Shown here: in pieces, positions 18,991 to 28,847 of the stretch
Position numbering within the stretch: the stretch's first letter is position 1
How the letters are laid out: each line of letters starts with the position of its first letter
NCBI GenBank assembly: GCA_965203355.1
Contig: OZ241889.1
Coordinates: 736,001 to 800,000, forward strand
DNA length: 64,000 bases
Source: Candidatus Latescibacterota bacterium
GTDB taxonomy: Bacteria > Latescibacterota > UBA2968 > UBA8231
Reading direction: 5' to 3'
Program-made: the position numbers and the translations under genes
The notes under the pieces: model-generated
Database searches by the model: none
Seen by the model: only the letters and a program-made list of their open reading frames with translations
What the model was told of the DNA's origin: nothing

Positions 18991-20124
18991 CTAAGACGTC
19001 CTCAGCCTCTCGACCACTTCTTCATCCACCTCAATCCCCAATCCCGGTCCGGTCGGTACGCGCACAAAGCTATCCTCTTGGTCAAAGGCCATCGCGCATA
19101 GCTCTTGGCGGATGGCGCTCGGCGTGCGGTCAAATTCCATCACCGGCTCCTGCATATAGGGCTGGGTGTTGTGCGCTGGCGGACAGGGCGGCAAGGTGGC
19201 GGCTAGGTGCAAAGTGGCGGCGATCATAACGGGCGATCCCCAGACGTGGGGGTTGACCTGAATGCCGCAGGCGTTGGCCATGGCGCAGATGCGCTGCATT
19301 TCAGTGATGCCGCCGCAGTGCATGATGTCGGGCTGGACGATGTCGTAGGCGCGTCGCGTCAGATAGGGCTTGAATTCGTAGCGGGTGCGCAGGTTTTCGC
19401 CGCCGGCGATGGCCATGGGCAATGCGGCTTTGACCTCCAAATAGGCGTCCAAGTCTTGGGCGTTGACTGGCTCTTCAAACCACACCAGATCCAGTTCGGC
19501 CAGCTTCTGGCCAATGCGGGTCGCCGTGGTGGCGTTGTAGGCTTCGTTGGCATCGACCATGAGGTGGATGTCCGGGCCAATGGCCTCGCGCAGGGCGCGG
19601 ACGCGTGCGACATCCTCGGCCATGGACAGCCTCCCGATCTTGGTCTTCATCCCCTTGAAGCCGGCGGCCACATAGCCTCGCGCCTCGTTGAGTAGGCGGT
19701 CGGGAAACTCGCCTTCGGTATAGTAGAGGCCGGTGGCATAGACAGCGACTTTATCGCGGACCTTGCCGCCGAGGAGCGAGCAGACCGGCAGGCCAGTAGC
19801 TTTGCCCGCGAGATCCCAAAGAGCAATGTCGAGCGCGGAAAGGGCACTGCCGGCTAGGCCGACCGCGTTGTTGCCATTGTAGAGCGCGTGGAACATGCGC
19901 TCCCACAGACCTGCGCGGTCCATGGGGTCTTGGCCGATGAGCAGCGGGGCGAGCAAGCCGTCAATGAGACCGGCCGCCGCGCCTTCGCCCCAGCCGACGA
20001 GCCCGTCGTCCGTGGAGACTTTGACGAGCGTGGTGACGCGCTGATCAACCCAGCCTTGGGACCAGCCAAAGGGGTGCTCAAGGGGACAGGTCAGGTCGAA
20101 GGTTTCAATCGCGGCGATTTTCAT
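18991..20124 (-). CDS. Mandelate racemase/muconate lactonizing enzyme family protein
   Basis: GWGE, DIALWDL.GK, KTK, MVDAN, WFEEP, GGEN, QPD, PHVWG, PTGPGLG. Confidence 0.95.
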   Translation of the reverse strand: MKIAAIETFDLTCPLEHPFGWSQGWVDQRVTTLVKVSTDDGLVGWGEGAAAGLIDGLLAPLLIGQDPMDRAGLWERMFHALYNGNNAVGLAGSALSALDIALWDLAGKATGLPVCSLLGGKVRDKVAVYATGLYYTEGEFPDRLLNEARGYVAAGFKGMKTKIGRLSMAEDVARVRALREAIGPDIHLMVDANEAYNATTATRIGQKLAELDLVWFEEPVNAQDLDAYLEVKAALPMAIAGGENLRTRYEFKPYLTRRAYDIVQPDIMHCGGITEMQRICAMANACGIQVNPHVWGSPVMIAATLHLAATLPPCPPAHNTQPYMQEPVMEFDRTPSAIRQELCAMAFDQEDSFVRVPTGPGLGIEVDEEVVERLRTS

Positions 20125-20140
20125 AATTAGGACGCTAAGG

Positions 20141-20169
20141 TTGACAGTGGTGGTGGGGAAATATAGGGT
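20141..20169 (+). promoter_or_regulatory. Putative sigma70 promoter
   Basis: TTGACA-N17-TAGGGT upstream of the RBS and ATG at 20199. Confidence 0.45.
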
Positions 20170-20198
20170 ATTCAATTTGGCGGATAAAGGAGACGGAC

Positions 20199-21338
20199 AT
20201 GAAAATCACCGAGGTGAAATTGCTGGTGTTGGAAGACCCGAGCCGCAAGGAGCGCGTCGGTCACAGCATCGCGCAGGTAGAGGGCTTGCGGAGGATACAA
20301 TACACGCACAGAGGAAGGCCAAGTCAGGCATCGCGCCCGGCGCGGCAGAGCTTTTTGGAAGTCCACACGGACGAGGGCATTGTGGGGCGCAGCGACACAT
20401 CAATGACGCCCTATCAGGCCGACATCGTGCGCTATCACGCGGTGGGGCGGAGCCCGTGGGAGCGCGAGGGGTTGTTTCAGCAGTTTTGGAAGGGCACCCG
20501 GTGGGTGTACCAGCCCCCGGGGTGGTTTGGGGCGTTTGACAACGGTCTGTGGGACATTTTGGGCAAGGCCGCGGGGCTGCCGGTCTATGCGTTAGTGGGC
20601 CGCGTGCGGCCGCGCTTGCCTGTGTATTTGACCGGCGGCGATACGGACATAGAGGGATATCTCAGGGCCATAGAGACCGGCAAGGAAATGGGCATTGGCG
20701 CGTACAAGTTTCACACGTACAAAGGAGGCAAGGCCGATATTCCCATTTACAGAGCCGTGCGCGACGCCGTGGGGCCGGATTACGATTTGATCACCGATCC
20801 CGTATGTTCCTATGACTTGCGCGAGGCCATTGAAGTGGGGCGCGTGCTAGAAGAGCTGGATTTTGTGTGGTTGGAAGAGCCGATGCACGAGCAGAAGATG
20901 AATCAATATCAAGAGTTGTGCCGTGCGTTGACTATTCCGGTGATGGGGACCGAGATGCTAATGCACGACATCGGCTTGACGGCGCAATGGCTGATCCAAG
21001 GGGCGACTGATCGCCTGCGCGGCAATGCCCGGCACGGGACGACGCAGGTGCTAAAGCTGGCGCATCTAGCCGAGTTGCACGGCGTGCATATCGAACTGAA
21101 TGGCGGTGGGGCATTGGATGGGCTGGTCCACGCGCACTTGGGCTGCTGTATCGACAACACGGATTTCTACGAGTTTTTCGGGGCAACAGCCGACAGCTTG
21201 CGGCAGAGTGGAGAGCAGTGGGGTTTGCTCAACGCGCCCTTGATTGGCGAAGGGCACATCGCACCCCCGGATGGCCCAGGCTGGGGCGCGGAGTGGGACG
21301 AGGAGAAGTTCCGCTCGCTGGTAGTTGAAGAGCACTGA
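20199..21338 (+). CDS. Divergent mandelate racemase/enolase-superfamily enzyme
   Basis: DNGLWDILGK, YKFH, WLEEP, GTE, PDGPGWG. Confidence 0.9.
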   Translation: MKITEVKLLVLEDPSRKERVGHSIAQVEGLRRIQYTHRGRPSQASRPARQSFLEVHTDEGIVGRSDTSMTPYQADIVRYHAVGRSPWEREGLFQQFWKGTRWVYQPPGWFGAFDNGLWDILGKAAGLPVYALVGRVRPRLPVYLTGGDTDIEGYLRAIETGKEMGIGAYKFHTYKGGKADIPIYRAVRDAVGPDYDLITDPVCSYDLREAIEVGRVLEELDFVWLEEPMHEQKMNQYQELCRALTIPVMGTEMLMHDIGLTAQWLIQGATDRLRGNARHGTTQVLKLAHLAELHGVHIELNGGGALDGLVHAHLGCCIDNTDFYEFFGATADSLRQSGEQWGLLNAPLIGEGHIAPPDGPGWGAEWDEEKFRSLVVEEH

Positions 21339-21350
21339 GATGGAGGGCGC

Positions 21351-21760
21351 GTGAAAAGCTGGCAACCTACCCAAGCTCAAGTCCAATCTTGGGAGGAGAA
21401 GGGCTATTTCTCGCCGACCGCTCGCCGCGCACTTGGGGTAACTTCCATTGGGTGATGCGCCAAGGCACATTGTGCCAGAACTTCCCGCCGGACGAATGCG
21501 AAGTACACGGAGAAAACAAGTCGCCGCCCCCGCCGTTTCCGCGAGCCGATTCATGTTCGTAAAGCCAAAAGGGATTGCACAAGATGAGCAAAGCGTACGT
21601 AGTAGATAAAAACCTGGGGCAGTCGTTGCTGTTGGAGGAAGGCGACCTGCCGCAAAAAAACGCCGATGGCGAGTCGGCCGTCGTGCGGAGCGACGAGCAG
21701 AAATACCTCTTTGATGTTCACGAGTGGCTCTTGGTGCCTGAGCTGTTGGCCGGCCGATAG
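21351..21760 (+). pseudogene. Two consecutive N-terminal relics of PhyH-like dioxygenases
   Basis: RBS plus GTG 21351 gives MKSWQPTQAQVQSWEEKGYF; ATG 21584 gives ...SDEQKYLFDVHEWLLVP*; neither has a catalytic domain. Confidence 0.55.
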
Positions 21761-22773
21761 ATGTGTATCCAAGACCAAGTCTCTATCGGCGAACTCGACG
21801 ACGAGCATCTGAGTTTCTTTCGCGCCATTGGCGTGGACTCGATCCATTTGGAGTTGCGCGGGGGAGCACCAGGGGCCGGGCGTCGGGGCGGTACCGGCTC
21901 GGCTAACACGTCGCTGGCACAGGATATAAAGGCCGGCAAGGACTGCACTGACGCATTGATGCAGGCGCGGGAAAAGGTCGAGGCGCACGGCATGACGCTG
22001 AACAACATCTTCATGCCCGCTTGGGAAGAGATCACTTTGGCCGAGGACGACATGGACGAGAAGATCGGCCAGTGGTGTAAGATGCTGGAGAGCGTGGGGC
22101 GAGCCGGCATCCCCTGCGTGGGCTGGAACTTCAAACCCATGGGCAACTTTCGCACCCCTGCGGCCACGGGTCGGGGCGGTGTGCAATACAGTGCGTTCGA
22201 CTACGCGGTTTTTGCTAAAAACCGGCCCGCACCGCGCGATCCTCCGGTAGATGAGGCGCAGATGTGGGCGCGGATGGAGCGATTCTTGGCGGCGGCGATC
22301 CCGGTGGCCGAAAAGGCGGGTGTGCGGATGGCCCTGCACCCGGACGACCCGCCGATTCCCGAGCCGCTAGGGGCGTAGCGCAGATTTGTTCGACCCTAGC
22401 TCAGTTCCGCAAGATCTTCTTTGAGATCGCGCCGAGCGATAGCAACTGTATGCTTTTTTGCCAAGGCTGCATGACCGAGTTGCTGGGGCCAGCAAAGATC
22501 TACGACGCGATCGCCGAGATGGCTGCAAAAGGCAAGATCGCGTGGGTGCATTTCCGCAATGTGCGCGGACAGTTGCCGCGATTCACCGAGGTGTTCGTGG
22601 ACGAGGGGGAAGTGGATATGCGGCGTGCGATGGAAGTATATCGGGATAACGGGTTTAATGGGCCGTATATGATGGACCACACGCCATCTTTTCCACATGG
22701 GTACGGGCCTTTGTACGGCAAGGCGTATGCGATTGGGTACATTCGGGCCTTGATCCAGATGGTGTACGGATAA
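21761..22773 (+). pseudogene. uxuA: Mannonate dehydratase (UxuA)-like gene split by a frameshift
   Basis: [16 protein letters not shown] in one frame; FCQGC, VHFRNVRG, F.DEG, DHTP, YAIGYIRAL in the next; the break lies at the G4 run 22370-22373. Confidence 0.8.
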
Positions 22774-22797
22774 GCAGAGCGGCTTGGAGGAGAGGCT

Positions 22798-23658
22798 ATG
22801 CCAGTATTGAGCAAAGAAGATCGAGCCTTCTGGGAAGAGAACGGCTATGTGATCGTCCACAACGCCGTGCCCCAGGAAAATTTAGACGCGATGGTGGCGG
22901 CGATCTGGGAATTCTTAGAGATGGACCCAGCCTGCACAGAGGATTGGTACAAATACCAGCCCTATACCCGCGACAATCGGTGCTCGCCGATCTCTGCGGC
23001 GGGCATGGTCGAAATCTACCAGCACCAAGCCCTGTGGGACAATCGGCAGTACCCCAAGGTGCATCAGGCTTTTGCCGAGATCTGGGGCGACGAAAAGCTA
23101 TGGGTCTCACTGGACCGGGCCAATATGAAACCGCCAGCGCGTGCGGATCGGCCCGAATGGTGCAACAAGGGAATGATTCACTGGGATGTCGATACGACGC
23201 GGCAGCCGGTGCCCTTTGGGGTGCAAGGGGTGCTGTATTTGACGGATACGGCAGAAAACCAAGGCGGCTTCCAGTGCGTCCCCGGCTTTCACCGGATATT
23301 CGACGAATGGGTCAAGGCCCAGCCAGCGGACCGCAACCCGCGCCAACCCGATCTGACGGGACTAACGGTCGAGTCGATCGCGGGTCAGGCCGGAGACCTG
23401 CTGATCTGGCATCGGTTATTGGCCCACGGCAACGGCCACAATCGGTCCGACCGACCGCGCTTGGCGCAATATATCACCATGTCGCCAGCACCCGCGAACG
23501 GAGGAGCCGCGCGCCAAGAGCGGATCGCGGCTTGGCAGGAGCGGCGACCGACGCCTCGCTGGCCCGGCGATGCGCGGGATTGGGAACACCAGCACCAGCC
23601 GCCGGCCGAGTTGACCACTTTGGGACGGAAGCTCTTGGGAGTGGATTCGTGGGAATAA
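22798..23658 (+). CDS. PhyH-family Fe(II)/2-oxoglutarate dioxygenase
   Basis: FWEENGY, IHWD, VQGVLYLTDT..GGFQCVPGFH, AHG, PRLAQY. Confidence 0.92.
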   Translation: MPVLSKEDRAFWEENGYVIVHNAVPQENLDAMVAAIWEFLEMDPACTEDWYKYQPYTRDNRCSPISAAGMVEIYQHQALWDNRQYPKVHQAFAEIWGDEKLWVSLDRANMKPPARADRPEWCNKGMIHWDVDTTRQPVPFGVQGVLYLTDTAENQGGFQCVPGFHRIFDEWVKAQPADRNPRQPDLTGLTVESIAGQAGDLLIWHRLLAHGNGHNRSDRPRLAQYITMSPAPANGGAARQERIAAWQERRPTPRWPGDARDWEHQHQPPAELTTLGRKLLGVDSWE

Positions 23659-23683
23659 AACAGACCTTTTAAGGAGCGATTCG

Positions 23684-24565
23684 ATGAGTAAGAAAATCAA
23701 CCGCGCTGTCGAACTCCTCGCCGCCGATCAGCCGATCTACTACACAGGCGCCCACGCCGGACACGTGCTGACCTACGAGCAGGGCCAAGCGGACGCTGGA
23801 ACTTGGGCCGACTACATCAATGTCGGCATGGAACACGGCTCGTTCGACATGGCCGGGCTAGACGAGTACTTGCGCGGCTTAATATCCGGTGGGCCGACCC
23901 GCAGCGGGCACCGGACGCCGGCGATCATCGTCGAGGCCCCAGTCGAGGGCCGGTCCGAGGAGATCGTGCGCTACAACGCTTGGCAATTTCGGCAGATTTT
24001 GGGCCGGGGCGTGCATGGGATTCTGCTGTGTCAAGCCGAATCGGCCGGGGCGGTCCGAGCCTTTGTCGAGTCGTGCCGCTATCCGGTCAATACCATCGGC
24101 GTCGGCCATGGCTTAGGCCGCGGTACGCGCGGCGTTGGTTCAGAGGGCGTGTGTGCGGGCACGTGGGGCGCGAGCCGCGACGAGTATCTGGCCAAAGCCG
24201 ATCCTTGGCCGCTCAATCCAGAAGGCGAGTTGCTGTTAGGGCTGAAGATCGAGTCGGTGGCCGCCCTGCCCCACATTGAGGAAATCCTGTCCGTGCCGGG
24301 AATCGGCTTTGCCGAAATGGGCCCGGGCGACTTGAGCCTTTCGCTGGGGTATCGGGCGATGCCACAGCCGTGGCCCGAGCAGATGCAGGAGACGCATGAG
24401 CGGGTCAAAGCGGCGTGTCGGCAAAACGGCGTGGCTTTCTTAGATGGAGCCACGCCCGAAACGGTCGCTGAGAAAATTGACGCCGGGGTGCGCGTGCTTT
24501 CTGGGGGCCGCGAAGAAACGGCCCAAGTAGGAAGAGCGCACACTCGGCGAGCGATGCCGGCGTAA
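23684..24565 (+). CDS. HpcH/HpaI aldolase-family protein
   Basis: MEHG, QILGRGVHG, LKIES, EMGPGDLSLSLG. Confidence 0.88.
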   Translation: MSKKINRAVELLAADQPIYYTGAHAGHVLTYEQGQADAGTWADYINVGMEHGSFDMAGLDEYLRGLISGGPTRSGHRTPAIIVEAPVEGRSEEIVRYNAWQFRQILGRGVHGILLCQAESAGAVRAFVESCRYPVNTIGVGHGLGRGTRGVGSEGVCAGTWGASRDEYLAKADPWPLNPEGELLLGLKIESVAALPHIEEILSVPGIGFAEMGPGDLSLSLGYRAMPQPWPEQMQETHERVKAACRQNGVAFLDGATPETVAEKIDAGVRVLSGGREETAQVGRAHTRRAMPA

Positions 24566-24566
24566 C

Positions 24567-26291
24567 ATGACCGGCGACAACAAGAAGCTGCGCAGTGCCG
24601 GGTGGTTTGGCGACGAGTGGCACCAGGGTTTTGTGTCTCGTGGCTGGACCAAAAACCAAGGCCATCCCGACCAGATGTTCGATGGCCGACCCGTGATCGG
24701 GATCTGCAACACGTGGTCGGACTTGAATCCTTGCAACGCCCACCTGCGAATCTTGGCCGAGCAGGTCAAGCGCGGGGTGTACGAGGCCGGGGGCTTTCCG
24801 CTCGAATTTCCAGTTACTTCGCTCGGTGAGACCATGATGAAGCCAACTACCATGCTCTACCGCAATTTGGCGAGCATGGACGTGGAGGAAAGCATTCGCG
24901 CCAATCCGCTCGACGGGGTGGTGCTGCTGACTGGCTGCGACAAAACGACGCCAGCCTGTCTGATGGGAGCGGCGAGCGTAGATTTGCCGACCATTGCGGT
25001 GACGGGCGGACCAATGCTCAACGGCAAGTTCCGCAATCAGGATATCGGCTCTGGCACGGATGTCTATCGCTTTACGGCCGAGCTGCGGGCCGGGAGCATC
25101 TCGCGCTTGGATTACTTGGAGGCCGAGGCTGGGATTTCGCGCTCGGACGGCCACTGCATGACCATGGGCACGGCCTCGACGATGGCCTGTATGGTCGAGA
25201 CGGTCGGGCTGACGCTGCCGAGCGGCGCGTCGATCCCCGGGCCGGATGCGCGGCGCAAGCGCTTGGGGCATCTAGCGGGCAACCGCATCGTCGAGATGGT
25301 GCGAGAAGACTTGCGGATGTCGCGCATTTTGACGCGGCCAGCCATAGAAAACGCCATCAAGGTCAATGCAGCTTTGGGCGGCTCGACCAACTTCGTGGTG
25401 CATCTGTTGGCCATCGCCGGGCGGCTCGGCGTCGAGTTGAGATTGGACGACTTCGACCGCTTGGGCAGCCGCATGCCGCACTTGGTCAATCTAATGCCTT
25501 CGGGCGAATACCTGATGGAGGATTTCTTTTACGCAGGGGGCTTGCCGGCCGTGATCCAAGAGCTGAAGGAACATCTGCACATGGACACCTTGACGGCGAC
25601 GGGCCAGACGCTCGGCGAAAACACCTCGGGTGCCCAATGCCACAACCGAGCGGTCATCGCCGCGATCGATACGCCATTCAAGGAAGCAGCCGGGATCGCC
25701 GTGCTGCGGGGCAACCTCTGCCCGGATGGAGCGATTATCAAGCCGTCGGCCGCCTCGCCCGAGCTGATGCAGCATGGCGGCCGGGCCGTGGTGTTCGAGA
25801 GTATAGAAGACTACCGGGAGCGGATTGACGACCCCAATCTCGACGTGGACAAAGATAGCGTGTTAGTTTTGAAGGGCATCGGCCCCAAAGGTTTCCCCGG
25901 TATGCCTGAAGCCGGGAAATTCGGATTGCCCAAGAAGCTATTGCAGCAGGGCGTGCGCGACATGGTTTGCATCTCGGACGGGCGGATGAGCGGCACGGCC
26001 TACGGCACGGTGATCTTGCACGTCGCGCCCGAAGCCGCCGTGGGCGGCCCGTTGGCCTTGGTGCAGGACGGCGATCGGATCGAGCTGGATGTGGAGAAGC
26101 GGTCGTTGAACATGGCCGTGCCCGACGAAGCGTTGCAAAGCAGACGGCAAGCGTGGACGCCGCCCGCGCCGGTCGTCACGCGGGGATATGCCGGCTTGTA
26201 TGTCAAGCACGTGCTCCAAGCCGACAAGGGCGTTGACTTGGATATCTTGGTCGGCGGCTCCGGGCCGGATGTCTATCGGGAGCCGCGGTAG
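24567..26291 (+). CDS. IlvD/Edd-family sugar-acid dehydratase (AraC/XylD-like)
   Basis: PCNAH, GCDKTTP, GHCMTMGTASTM, GGSTN, SDGRMSGTAYG, HVAPEA. Confidence 0.95.
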   Translation: MTGDNKKLRSAGWFGDEWHQGFVSRGWTKNQGHPDQMFDGRPVIGICNTWSDLNPCNAHLRILAEQVKRGVYEAGGFPLEFPVTSLGETMMKPTTMLYRNLASMDVEESIRANPLDGVVLLTGCDKTTPACLMGAASVDLPTIAVTGGPMLNGKFRNQDIGSGTDVYRFTAELRAGSISRLDYLEAEAGISRSDGHCMTMGTASTMACMVETVGLTLPSGASIPGPDARRKRLGHLAGNRIVEMVREDLRMSRILTRPAIENAIKVNAALGGSTNFVVHLLAIAGRLGVELRLDDFDRLGSRMPHLVNLMPSGEYLMEDFFYAGGLPAVIQELKEHLHMDTLTATGQTLGENTSGAQCHNRAVIAAIDTPFKEAAGIAVLRGNLCPDGAIIKPSAASPELMQHGGRAVVFESIEDYRERIDDPNLDVDKDSVLVLKGIGPKGFPGMPEAGKFGLPKKLLQQGVRDMVCISDGRMSGTAYGTVILHVAPEAAVGGPLALVQDGDRIELDVEKRSLNMAVPDEALQSRRQAWTPPAPVVTRGYAGLYVKHVLQADKGVDLDILVGGSGPDVYREPR

Positions 26292-26371
26292 TTCGGTAGT
26301 GGTTATTTTTGGAGTTCGGCATCAGCGTTTCGTGCGTTGCTTAATACTTTGAGATGGCTCCAAAATCCAGT

Positions 26372-26520
26372 CCATATTTGTCCCCTTATTTGACCGTTAA
26401 TTTGGCAAGCAGAATAGGACTTGTAACATACAAAATATAATGGACTTATATTATTTTAACAAATGAATCAGGCAAAAATAGTGTCCTTATTTGACAGGAT
26501 AATTGACAGCTTATTTGGCA
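26372..26520. repeat. Two triplets of phased 12-bp direct repeats around an AT-rich core
   Basis: CCATATTTGTCC/CCTTATTTGACC/GTTAATTTGGCA (26372-26407) and CCTTATTTGACA/GGATAATTGACA/GCTTATTTGGCA (26485-26520). Confidence 0.75.
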
Positions 26521-26568
26521 AAGATTTGTACAGGCGTCAAGGATTTCTTTAGGGATGCTTGTCTTTGA

Positions 26569-26967
26569 CTAGCTCCCGCTGCCGAGCACGGCTATAGCCT
26601 CAACTTCGACGAGCATGCCCGGCAGGACCAGCTCGGCGACCGTCACGGTAGAGCTGGCGGGGATGTGGTTGGGAAAGGCTGCGGCGCGGGCGGCCGAGTA
26701 CTCGGCGTATTGGCTGGTGTCAGTGATGAACGAGGTGATTTTGACCACGTCGTCCATGGTTGCGCGGGCCTCGGCGAGCACGGCGCGGATGTTGGCAAAG
26801 ACTTGGCGCGCCTGTGCGGCCATGTCGCCTGCGCCGACGAGCTTCCCCTCCGCGTCGAGCGGCCCTTGGCCGGAGACGTAGATCGCATCGCCGACCTGCA
26901 CGGCCTGTGCGATGCGAAAGTCCTTGGTCCAGGGCCAGGCGGGGTTGTGTGCTTTGCGTTGAGTCAT
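26569..26967 (-). CDS. RidA/YjgF-family protein
   Basis: QAVQVGDAIYVSGQ, DDVVKIT, R...F..PASST, LVEVEAIA. Confidence 0.93.
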   Translation of the reverse strand: MTQRKAHNPAWPWTKDFRIAQAVQVGDAIYVSGQGPLDAEGKLVGAGDMAAQARQVFANIRAVLAEARATMDDVVKITSFITDTSQYAEYSAARAAAFPNHIPASSTVTVAELVLPGMLVEVEAIAVLGSGS

Positions 26968-27004
26968 GGTGAGTTTTCTATTGTAGCGACTTCAGACATT
27001 ATTC

Positions 27005-28138
27005 TCACTGCCAGAGCGGCTCCCCGTCCGCCAGCATACTCTGCAGAAACTCCTCGTTTAACTCTACTCCCAGCCCCGGCCTCTCGCTCAGCACCACGTG
27101 CCCTTGCTGAATCACCGGCTCATCGGCGAGCACCACGTCGCTCCAAGTCGGATCGTCGTAGCGATGGAACTCCAAGGCGAGAAAATTGGGTACGCTGGCG
27201 CAGACATGGGCGTCGGCTACGGTGCTCAAGGCACTGGAGTTGTTGTGCGGGGCAAAGGGGATGTAGTAGGTCTCGGCCATGTTGGCGATCTTGCGGCACT
27301 CGGAGAGGCCGCCGCACTTGGAAATGTCGGGCATGATGATATCGACCGCCTGCTGTTCGAGTATGTCGCGGAAACCGTAGCGCAGATAGGCGTTTTCGCC
27401 GGCGCAGATCGGAGTGCGGGTCGAGTCGGTGATGCGCTTGAGGGCGTCGATATTCTCGGGCGGCACCGGCTCTTCGAGCCACAGCAGATTCAGGTACTCG
27501 AGCGCGTGGGCGAACTTCAGCCCGGCCGTGGCGTCGTAACGCCCGTGCAGGTCAATCGCTAGGTCCATGTGGGGGCCGACAGCCTCGCGGATCTGATGCG
27601 CTTGATCGACCAAATCCTCCAACTCGGCCGGGGCCACCGACCAGTTCCAAGGGTCGAGCTTCTCTGGGTGGCCCGCATCGTCGAGATCGAACTTAATCGC
27701 AGTGAAGCCTTTTGTGCGTACGTCCTCGGCGCGCTGTTTGTAGTCCGAATGGGCGCTATCGACGTAGAGGCGCACCCGGTCGCGGAACTTGCCGCCCAAG
27801 AGCCGATAGACGGGTACGCCTTGGGCCTTGCCAGCCAAATCCCAAAGCGCGACCTCAATACCGGTCAGTGCCGAAATCGCCAAGCCCGACATGCCGCCGC
27901 GGAAGACGTAGCTGCGGCGAATGCCTTCAAAGAGCGCATCGACATCGCGTGGGTCTTTGCCGATGAGTTGGGTGGCCATGGATTGGGTGGACCCGCGCCA
28001 GCCGCCATCGACGTGGCTGGCCTCGCCGGTACCGTAGATGCCCGAGTCGCTGTGGATGCGGACGTAATGGTAGAGATAACGGGGTTGGCCGTTGATTTTT
28101 ACGCGCACTTCAGCGGTTTTGACGTCGGTGATTTTCAA
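27005..28138 (-). CDS. Mandelate racemase-family acid-sugar dehydratase (DgoD-like)
   Basis: EVALWDLAGK, KFD, DLH, WLEEP, AGEN, APHN, LEFH, PGLG; TTG start. Confidence 0.93.
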   Translation of the reverse strand: MKITDVKTAEVRVKINGQPRYLYHYVRIHSDSGIYGTGEASHVDGGWRGSTQSMATQLIGKDPRDVDALFEGIRRSYVFRGGMSGLAISALTGIEVALWDLAGKAQGVPVYRLLGGKFRDRVRLYVDSAHSDYKQRAEDVRTKGFTAIKFDLDDAGHPEKLDPWNWSVAPAELEDLVDQAHQIREAVGPHMDLAIDLHGRYDATAGLKFAHALEYLNLLWLEEPVPPENIDALKRITDSTRTPICAGENAYLRYGFRDILEQQAVDIIMPDISKCGGLSECRKIANMAETYYIPFAPHNNSSALSTVADAHVCASVPNFLALEFHRYDDPTWSDVVLADEPVIQQGHVVLSERPGLGVELNEEFLQSMLADGEPLWQ

Positions 28139-28153
28139 TGGAGTCCCTTCCTC

Positions 28154-28831
28154 TTAAAAGTGTAGTTGGCCGATGGCGCGGGTGGCCGCGTCGCAGTACC
28201 AGAGTACGCCTTCGTGGATGGTCAGCCCGTGGACTTCGATGGGAGCCTCGACGCGGACGACCTCCCAGACGCGCCCGTCTTGGGGATCGAGGCGGTTGAT
28301 GGTGCCAGCCGAGGTGTCGGCGACCCAGAGGGTGCCATCGTCCGCCCAAGCGAGGCCGTGGACCCGGAGGCCGGGGACGCGAAAGGAATGAACTTCCTCC
28401 CAAGTGTTGGCATCCATCACGTGAACGAATTGCGACGGCGGCGAAGCCACGTACACCTTGCCGTCCTGCCACTCGAGGCCGTGCGCCCCGGTGACGCGGC
28501 CATTCTGCTGGTCGGCGACCCAGGCGACGACGCCATTGCCGGGTGAATCGAGCTTGGCAATGGTCTGGCCCGTAGCCGGGTCGAGGCGGGCGATCTTAAG
28601 CTCAAAGGTCGAGGCGATCCACAGCGAGCCGTCGCCGAGCGTAATGCCGCTGGAGTGCTCGGTATCGGTCTGGGCTTCAAAAAGGGTTTCGCCGCTTTCG
28701 TAGTCGAATTTATAGACCTTGAGGTCAACTTGGTCGATGCACCAGAGGCCGTCGGGCGCGGCTTGCAGCCCGTTGGGCTGAGGTCCGGGGCATTTGAAAC
28801 GCTCTTCAACGCGGGCGATTTGGACAGTCAT
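28154..28831 (-). CDS. Beta-propeller protein (Vgb/SMP-30/glutaminyl-cyclase-like)
   Basis: Repeated blades PNGL, HSSGIT, AHGLEW, VHGLAW, VHGLT with LW motifs. Confidence 0.75.
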   Translation of the reverse strand: MTVQIARVEERFKCPGPQPNGLQAAPDGLWCIDQVDLKVYKFDYESGETLFEAQTDTEHSSGITLGDGSLWIASTFELKIARLDPATGQTIAKLDSPGNGVVAWVADQQNGRVTGAHGLEWQDGKVYVASPPSQFVHVMDANTWEEVHSFRVPGLRVHGLAWADDGTLWVADTSAGTINRLDPQDGRVWEVVRVEAPIEVHGLTIHEGVLWYCDAATRAIGQLHF

Positions 28832-28847
28832 AGGATGCTTTCTGGGA

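Noticed and set aside
26425-26465. Chromosomal dif site
   Set aside because: TTATTTTAACA only partly resembles the XerD arm, and no XerC arm sits at the required 6-bp spacing.
26491-26535. Sigma70 promoter from the TTGACA hexamers
   Set aside because: No -10 element at suitable spacing, and both flanking genes converge on the site.
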